64,000 bases of DNA. Source: Verrucomicrobiia bacterium. GTDB lineage: Bacteria; Verrucomicrobiota; Verrucomicrobiia; Limisphaerales; UBA1319. The notes beneath the pieces are model-generated. The model was not told where the DNA came from and did not search any database. It saw only the letters and a program-made list of their open reading frames with translations. This document shows positions 40,571 to 48,400 of this stretch, in pieces. Both the position numbers and the translations under genes were made by a program. The stretch spans positions 2,848,001 through 2,912,000 of the forward strand of contig OY760937.1 of NCBI GenBank assembly GCA_963664225.1, given 5' to 3'. Numbering within the stretch: the stretch's first letter is position 1; each line of letters opens with the position of its first letter.

Positions 40571-40783
40571 CTGGGCACTAACCGGAGAATCCGCACCAAA
40601 ACGCGATCTTATTCACCATGCGGTCAGCACCGATCAACCCGCTGGCGCGAGCGTCCTCAAAAAGCGACCAATGGATTCGATCCATGCGGCACGATTCGAC
40701 AATTAGGATCGTAATTGATGCACTTTTGACGTAGTCAGGCGCATTCGCGATCCAAATTGCGCGTTTTCCGCTGCGTGCTCCGC

Positions 40784-42847
40784 TCACTTGGCCAGCGGAG
40801 TCCAGCGAAACATCATTACGTGATTCAATCCAGCGTTTTCCAGGAACATAACGTATTCGCCGCTTTTACGGAGCGTCACGTTCAGGGCGTTGTCTGAGTC
40901 AACGCAACCACCACTCCCCTTGAAGCCGTTGATGTCGGGCCGGATCGTGCCGACGCAACCTCCATCATCCAGCCGGTGGACACGGACAAGGCCGTAGCCG
41001 TATGCGACGAAGAGGTATTTACCGCAGGCCTGCATCGCCACCGGCGCGCCGCCGCCGTAGTTGATATTGGGAGTGTATGACTTGTCGTTGAGCGGCAAAT
41101 TGATCGTCCACCGCTTGATCCTTCGGGCTGGATTGGACCAATGCTCAAAACAGATCAAAAGGTTGCAGGCATTCTCCTCGGTGCCGGGCGAACCGCCAGC
41201 GATCAGCACATCGTCTCCGGGGATGTAGAACAGCCGGCGAAGCCGGTCGCCGGTGAACTCCGTCGGGTAAGGGTATGACACCTCGGAGGCCCGGCGATAG
41301 ATCGGGTTACCGTGCGGATCAAGCCCCTCGCAAGGAAGATGGAAAATGGTCCCGTCCCCAGAGCATTGCCAGATGCCAGCAGCGACGTCCAGGTGCATGA
41401 ACCCCCAACGGGGCTTCCGTCCCACTGAGGCGAACTCTGAGGGGTCAGGGACTCCGTCGCCGTTGCCGTCGGTCCAGATGAGGGTTTCAGCGTCCTCCGG
41501 CCAACGCTTGCCGTTCTCCGGGCGCCAGGTGCTGGCTCCCGCCATGTACCCGCACGGCACAGCGACACACCCTTGGCCGAACTTGTAAATCTCCAGATTG
41601 CCCGTGCCCTGGGCGCCGCAGTAGAGGAAGAGTTTGCCACCGATCCGCCGCACGCCATTGATCAAGCGATGGCTCGGGCCGTGGAGATCGGTCACCCGGC
41701 AATCGAGGGGATACTTGAAGCGATCTACTGTCAATCCAGCCAGGGACTGTTCACTGCCAGGCGGTTTGCTCCAGTCCATGATGAAGAGGTTTTCCTTGGT
41801 GTAAACGACGTTCTCATCGGCTGGGTCAGTGCAGGCGGTGTCCAGCCAATTACCCAATCCATATACATGCCAGAGTCGTTCGCCCGCGGGGGAATAGGCC
41901 TCGATCAAAGCGTTGTACCAGGAGCCAAAGACAGTGCCGACGTAGAGATTACCGGCTGCGTCGAACCCAAGGCCTCGGATCCAGTGGAATTTCCTGGGCT
42001 GGCCTTTCCCCGGCTCGCCCGAGAAGATGCCGCCCTCCTCACCGAACGTGCCCACCTTTCTGGGAATGTTTGAGACATCGTAGGTCCATATCTGGCTATG
42101 TCGGTTCAACCCACCGACCAACAGGTAACCCTTGGAATCCACCGCCAACGCGCAAGGGCGCTCGAAGTCCGCGATCTCCGGTCCGGGCTTACCATCCTTT
42201 GAAAACGAGAGGATCTTGAGGCCGCCGGTCTCGAAAGGCTCCCTGCCAGATGTGCCTTGAATGACCCAGATCCGACCGTCCGCACCAATCGCAACCGGTC
42301 CCGGGCTTGGGACGGCCAATGCGCGTACCTCCTTCATCGTCGACGTCGCCAGAACACGAATCTTGCCGGTGGCGTAGTCGCTCATGTAGAGCTCGCCACC
42401 CTTGAGGGCCAAGCCCTTGATATCGCCGCCGGTAATCGGCGAGCGGTTGTAGGATTCGTCTCCACGGCGGGTCCGAAACAGGCCAATCCCAGTGCCAATG
42501 TAAATGTAGGAGTCGTCTGCGGCGACCGCTGACGAGCTGCTGCCAAAACCGCTGTCATAGTCGTATTTGGTGACAAACCGGCCGTCCTTATACGAGGCGA
42601 CCCCGCCGTAGCCCTCAGCCACGCCGGAGGTGAAGACCGTCCCATCCGGTGTTACGGAAAGGCTGCTTATGTTGACTGGCACTGACTGATGCCCCTGATC
42701 CCTGCTGAACGAGTTCGCCAGCCAGGAATGAATCACCGAACCCGGCATGCTGCCGCCAGTGGCGGGTGGTACGGTATTCGTCGAGTTTTGGGCTTGAACC
42801 GCCGTGACGATGAGCAGGGAAATGGAGAGAATGACGATGTTTGTCAT
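40784..42847 (-). CDS. Secreted hypothetical protein with NHL/beta-propeller-like repeats
   Basis: Signal peptide (VQA/Q); repeats such as VTPDGTVF, IGADGRIWV, AVDSKGYLLV, GFDAAGNLYV; W.D.NGDG motif; coupled to the upstream LamG gene. Confidence 0.7.
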   Translation of the reverse strand: MTNIVILSISLLIVTAVQAQNSTNTVPPATGGSMPGSVIHSWLANSFSRDQGHQSVPVNISSLSVTPDGTVFTSGVAEGYGGVASYKDGRFVTKYDYDSGFGSSSSAVAADDSYIYIGTGIGLFRTRRGDESYNRSPITGGDIKGLALKGGELYMSDYATGKIRVLATSTMKEVRALAVPSPGPVAIGADGRIWVIQGTSGREPFETGGLKILSFSKDGKPGPEIADFERPCALAVDSKGYLLVGGLNRHSQIWTYDVSNIPRKVGTFGEEGGIFSGEPGKGQPRKFHWIRGLGFDAAGNLYVGTVFGSWYNALIEAYSPAGERLWHVYGLGNWLDTACTDPADENVVYTKENLFIMDWSKPPGSEQSLAGLTVDRFKYPLDCRVTDLHGPSHRLINGVRRIGGKLFLYCGAQGTGNLEIYKFGQGCVAVPCGYMAGASTWRPENGKRWPEDAETLIWTDGNGDGVPDPSEFASVGRKPRWGFMHLDVAAGIWQCSGDGTIFHLPCEGLDPHGNPIYRRASEVSYPYPTEFTGDRLRRLFYIPGDDVLIAGGSPGTEENACNLLICFEHWSNPARRIKRWTINLPLNDKSYTPNINYGGGAPVAMQACGKYLFVAYGYGLVRVHRLDDGGCVGTIRPDINGFKGSGGCVDSDNALNVTLRKSGEYVMFLENAGLNHVMMFRWTPLAK

Positions 42848-43626
42848 TTGTTCGAATCAGGTCTTTTTGGAGACGAGCTCGGAGATTGCGAGACCATCCT
42901 TAACACCTCTGCATCACTGATGGCCAGGTTGTAAAGCCGCACGTCATCGAGACGTCCATGAAAACAATCCACCCAGGATTTTCCCTGGGAATTAGAGTTG
43001 CCTCCAATGAGAAGAGGATTGTGATCCGCGAATTTGAACGGAATCGTGCAAGGTGCCGATTTCACCAGGCGCCCGTTAACGTAAAGCCGGAGCATGGCGT
43101 TGTCATAGGTTCCGGCAAGGTGAATCCACTCACTGGTGGGCAGGTCTTCGTCGCTCTTGATATTCTGGTAATGCGCGCCGTCCGGATCCACGGAGAACAG
43201 CGCTTTGTTCTTCACTACCGCCAGCCCGAAGTATTCCGACGCTCCATCCTTCACTTCACGCGACAGGACGGTGTTCCAAGTGGTGTCGGCATTGCGATTC
43301 ACCCAGGCGGTTACACTGATGCCGCTCTTGAAGTCGTCCAACAGGGCGGTATGCGGAACTTCGATCAGCGCATCCTGGTGGCATTCGATGCCTCCTCCCG
43401 CCTTTCCTGCGGCAGGGACGGCACCCCGCAATATGCCATCGTGGCCATTTCGGGAAGTGTCCTTCGCGATGTCGTTTCCCGCTGCGTCGAAACTCCATGC
43501 GGCAACCAATTCGCCGCTCGCAGATTCGTCCGCGCTGACGGCGACAGTCCAGCCGGCGCAACCCAACGCCACGAACACACTGACGAATAAGTTTTTCATA
43601 AGATCTGAAGAATGTGAATGACTCAT
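42844..43626 (-). CDS. Secreted LamG/ConA-like domain protein
   Basis: LVAAWSFD, D.S.NG..G, SVTAWV, WIHLAGTYD, LYVNG, FHGRLDDVRLYN. Confidence 0.85.
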   Translation of the reverse strand: MSHSHSSDLMKNLFVSVFVALGCAGWTVAVSADESASGELVAAWSFDAAGNDIAKDTSRNGHDGILRGAVPAAGKAGGGIECHQDALIEVPHTALLDDFKSGISVTAWVNRNADTTWNTVLSREVKDGASEYFGLAVVKNKALFSVDPDGAHYQNIKSDEDLPTSEWIHLAGTYDNAMLRLYVNGRLVKSAPCTIPFKFADHNPLLIGGNSNSQGKSWVDCFHGRLDDVRLYNLAISDAEVLRMVSQSPSSSPKRPDSNK

Positions 43627-45044
43627 TGTTTGCCTGTGGTATCAAGCACCAGCACCCAGTCGCCATCGGTCGGCGGCTCGAAAGCGATGCGCTTCTTTTC
43701 AACAAACTCACCAATGCGCAGGGCCTCGCCATTGCCGGGATTGAACCACCACGCGTTCACCACGGTGCCGGAGAGTTTGGTTAGATCGATCGTGAGCTTT
43801 CGCTTCGTGGGCAGATAGCTCAGCGCAAAGGAGCCGTCGTTCGCCAGTGCGGTCACTGCATAGTTGTTGGTCGCGTACACGCCGCGGCCCTCAACGGCCA
43901 CAACGTTCCGCACGTCGGGCATGAGCTTCCACCAGGGGCGGGATTCCAGGAGGGCGCGAAAATGTTTCAAGCTGGCCGCTCCCGGCTGTGCCATCACCTG
44001 GCGCCAGTTCGGCGGCAAAATCCAGTTTGGCGAGCCGTAGGCGTGACCGCAACCGCCACTCAGCACGCACGAGTAAGCGTTTTTGCGCGCCTGCACCGCA
44101 TTGCCCCATGAATCATGCTCGCCTTCGTAGGTGGATTCACCCAGGAAAAACGGACGCACAGGAATTTTGGCAAATTCGGCATGGCTGACTTCGTAAACAT
44201 CCGGCATGTCCTGGGTCCACGCCTTGTTGAAACCACGAAAATAGGTATAGACCATCGAAACATCCAGCCAGCGTTCGTCCGCAGGCCAAATATCAGTGCT
44301 CGAATGCGAGGAGGAGGCGTGATACGTGATGAGTTGTTGGGGTGCGGTGTCTTTCAATCCAAGACCAAGCTGGCGTATCTCCTCGCGGGCATTGTCAGGG
44401 TCGATGTCACCGCCCAGAATCCAGATCACGTTGGCAAACTTGCCGTAGCGTTTTCCCAGCCAGCGCCCGAACTCGCGGGACTTTGCGGCCCCATTGGCGT
44501 TGAGCGGCTTGGGGGCGCCGTCCTTCTCCACACCGGCCCAGCCTTCTCCACAACATCCCGACCACGCCGGAGCGATGGCCAGAAGCAGGTTCAACTTCTC
44601 CGCCTGCGCCACGACCTTGTCCACATGTGCAAAATACTTCTCATTCGGCCGGGCGAAATCCTGTTCCGGGAGCGTCCCGGCAAACGGCGATTCCCCCGCG
44701 CGATTGGTCCCGCCAAGGAAGCCGGTAAGCATGACCTGGACGGTATTGAAACCTTGGGCACGGCGACCCGCGAGATATTCGGCGGCTTCTGCTTCGGTCA
44801 GTTTAAGAAAAATCATCCAGGCCGTGTCGGCGTTATAGAGGTAGGGCGTCCCGCGCTGGTCCTGTAGATGACGGCGATTCTCACTGATCTTGAGCGGAAA
44901 GGCGGGTTTTTTATCGGGGACAGATAGCAGCATGCCGGGAAGCCCCGCTACACCAGGATTCTTTTCCATGGACGGTGCTTCCGCTGTTCCGCCGTTAGCC
45001 ACACTCATCACCACCAAAGCCATTACCAATAAAAACGGGTTCAT
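43623..45044 (-). CDS. DUF4038 / GH140 apiosidase-like glycoside hydrolase with C-terminal collagen-binding-like domain
   Basis: Signal peptide; P.LYNADTAW, RRAQGFNTVQ, PNEKYFAHVD, WILGGD, ITYH, GESTYEGE, GHAYG, WWFNP..G...GDWVLVL. Confidence 0.8.
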   Translation of the reverse strand: MNPFLLVMALVVMSVANGGTAEAPSMEKNPGVAGLPGMLLSVPDKKPAFPLKISENRRHLQDQRGTPYLYNADTAWMIFLKLTEAEAAEYLAGRRAQGFNTVQVMLTGFLGGTNRAGESPFAGTLPEQDFARPNEKYFAHVDKVVAQAEKLNLLLAIAPAWSGCCGEGWAGVEKDGAPKPLNANGAAKSREFGRWLGKRYGKFANVIWILGGDIDPDNAREEIRQLGLGLKDTAPQQLITYHASSSHSSTDIWPADERWLDVSMVYTYFRGFNKAWTQDMPDVYEVSHAEFAKIPVRPFFLGESTYEGEHDSWGNAVQARKNAYSCVLSGGCGHAYGSPNWILPPNWRQVMAQPGAASLKHFRALLESRPWWKLMPDVRNVVAVEGRGVYATNNYAVTALANDGSFALSYLPTKRKLTIDLTKLSGTVVNAWWFNPGNGEALRIGEFVEKKRIAFEPPTDGDWVLVLDTTGKQ

Positions 45045-45438
45045 TTCTAATTCGTTTTAACAATTTGCTCAGTTTCCCAATGTGAATAACGAAAACTAGC
45101 ACGCTGATAATGGCAGAAATAGAATTTTAAGATCAGATTTTAGGATGAAATTGACTCCATGCACGGCAGCGATTTAATCCTGTTTATAAGGAAACATGCG
45201 CCACCAGCCACGCGACCGTTAACTGTTCCTGCGCGCGCCGCATCTGCAAACACACTCTTTCTGCGCCACTGCGCCTGGAAATCAATCTGATCGCCATCAA
45301 AACCATCGCCGATTCTGGGATGATTTATGTAAATGCCCGGCAGACTGAACGATGATTCCCGCCATGTTGCGAGTGGTGAATATTTTGAAAGTCACGGGAT
45401 CTGCTACGGTGTTAATTTTGTCCTAATTATTTATCAAT

Positions 45439-48400
45439 GTGTCCTATCGCCTGGCATGGGTTGGAGGCAGGCTGCTTAAGATGCTTGCGCCCTGGTTCCA
45501 ATGCTTTTGCCTGACCCTCGGAATGTTGATGCTCGCTGCGCCATCTGTGCGCGCGGATGCAACCCTGGTTTTCAATGAAGTGATGTACCACCCCGCCACG
45601 AACGAGGCGGCGATGGAATGGGTGGAATTGTACAACCAATTGGCGGTGGATCTGGATGTGTCCGGATGGAACCTCAGTGGAGACATTGGGTATGCTTTTC
45701 CCTCCGGAACACGGGTCCCGGGCCGCAGTTTCATCGTCGTGGCCATTGACCCGGCCGCGCTCCATGCGGCCACCGGATTGACCAATATTCAGGGGCCTTT
45801 TACCAACCGTCTGGACAATGGCGGTGGCACGCTGCGCCTGCGCAACAACAATGGCCGGGTGATGGATGAGGTCCGTTACAGGTCCGAGGGCGAATGGCCG
45901 GTGGCGTCCAACGGCGCAGGGCCCTCTCTGTCCAAGGTGGACGAGGACGCGGGCAGCGCTGACCCCTCCCATTGGCGTGCCAGCCTCCAATTGGGTGGAA
46001 GTCCCGGGACCATGAACATGCCGCCGACTACAACCAACACGCTCAGGCGTATGCTGGTGCCGCTCAACCAGACCTGGAATTACGACCAATCAGGCGCCGA
46101 CCGGGGCACGGGCTGGAAGGAGCCGGGCTTCGATGACTCCGCATGGCCCGCAGGCCGGGGTGTGCTGGCGGTGGAGGATAATGCCGCTGTGAGATCCCTG
46201 ACGAACACCACGCTTTCGCTGACCGGTGCTTCCGGCCAACCGGTCATCACCTACTATTTCCGCACCCATTTCGCTTTCACCAACGACCTGGTGAACCTCA
46301 TTTTGTGTGCCTCCAATTTGCTCGATGATGGGGCGGTGGCGTATCTGAACGGGACTGAGGTTTATCGGTATCGGATCGCCTCTGATCAGAATTCCCAAAC
46401 CCTGGCAGGGAACCAGACCGGCGAAGGGGTGCTCGAAACCACCAATTTCTGGAGCTCCGCCTTGCGCCAGGGCGATAATGTCCTCGCGGTGGAGGTGCAT
46501 CAGGTCAACACCGGCAGTTCCGACGTGGTGTTCGGGTTGCAATTGGACGAGATCACGGTCATCACCAATAATCCCGCTGGCTCTGTCGCCGCCAGCCTGC
46601 CCGTGGCATTCAATGAAATCTCCTCCGTCACCAACGCGGAGTTCTGGGTTGAACTGGTCAATCTCTCCACGCAGAGCGTCGCACTGGACCACTGCGTGCT
46701 GGGCCGCTTCGGCAACGTCAATGAACGCGAATTCGTGATCCCGGCCCGCACTCTGACAGCGGGGGAGCACTTGGTTCTCGATCGCGCAACGTTGGGCTTC
46801 GGTGCGGACCCGGGTGACCGGGTGGCGCTCTTTGCACCGGGCAAGGCGGCGGTACTCGATGCCGTGGTGGCCGGAAGCCACTCCCGCGCCCGCCTGCCGG
46901 AAGGCATTGGAGAGTGGCTAAGGCCCAGTGAACCGACTCCCGGCGCGACCAACCGTTTCGCGCTCTGTGAGCAGATTGTGATCAACGAGATCATGTACCG
47001 CCACAAGCCTCATCCATCGGTGAACGGGCTGCCGGCACAGGGCAATCCCGAGGAATGGATCGAGTTGTTCAATCGCGGCACGAACGCGGTGGACCTGACC
47101 GGATGGGCTTTGAAAGGTGGCATCGACTACGCTTTTGCGCCGGGCAAAACTCTTTTGCCTGGGGCCTTCCTGGTGGTCGCCAAAGATGCAGCCATCCTGC
47201 GCGCGGCCTACCCGGCCTGCGACATCGTCGGGAACTTCAGCGGGAAGCTCTCGTCCAGGGGGGAGCTTCTGCAGTTGGAAGATGCGGGCGGCAACCCGGC
47301 GGATGAGGTGCGTTATTATACTTCCGGGCATTGGTCGGAGTACGCGAACGGCGGCGGATCCAGTCTGGAATTGCGGGATCCGGAGGCCGACAACTCGAAG
47401 GCGGAGGCGTGGGCGGCGAGCGACGAGAGCAGCAAATCCGAATGGCACACCTACTCTTACCGGATGGTGGCGCAGGCCAGCCTGGCGGCCAGTGCGGACG
47501 GGCAATGGCGCGAGTTCCTGCTGGGTCTGCTGGGCGAAGGTGAATGTCTGGTGGACGACATTCGCGTGGTGCAATTGCCCGCGAACAATCCCGTTTCCCT
47601 CCTGAGCAACGGCGATTTCGAGAATGGCCAGACCGAATGGCGGGTGCTCGGGACGCACGCCGCCAGCCGGGTGATCCCGGAACCGGGCAACCCCGGCAAC
47701 CATGTGCTGCGCGTTGTCGCCACCGGGCCGCAGGAGCACATGAACAATCATATCGAAACCACGCTGGCGGGCGGCCAGAGCGTGGCGAACGGGCAGCTTT
47801 ATGAAATTTCTTACCGGGCCAGGTGGCTTGCCGGAAACAGCCGCTTGAATACCCGGCTGTGGTTTAACCGCGTGGCACATACGACTGAATTGGCGGTGCC
47901 GCAAGAGAACGGCACGCCCGGCGCGCGCAATTCCCGCTGGGAGGCGAACCTCGGGCCGACCTTCGCGAAATTCCGACACCAGCCGGTGGTGCCGAACGCG
48001 GGCGCCCCGGTCACAGTGTTCGCGCAAGCAGAGGATCCGCAGGGAGTGGCCTACTGCCAGGTGTTCTGGTCCGCCGCCGGCGGTGTGTTCACGAGCGCGC
48101 CCATGACCCGGCAGCAGGACGGGATGTTTGCGGGCGCCATTCCCGGCTTCGCGGCGGGCACCATCGTGCAGTTCTACGTGCGGGCTGTGGATGGCTTGGG
48201 GAGGGTGGGTACGTTCCCGGCGCGCGGGCCCGGCGGTGGCGCGCTTTACAAGGTCAACGACGGCCAGGCCAATGTGAGCCTCAAGCACAATATCCGCATC
48301 ATCACCACGCCGGCGAATGCCGCGCTCCTGCACGCGGACACCAACGTGATGAGCAACGACAACCTGCCATGCACGGTCATCTACGACGAGCGCCTCGCCT

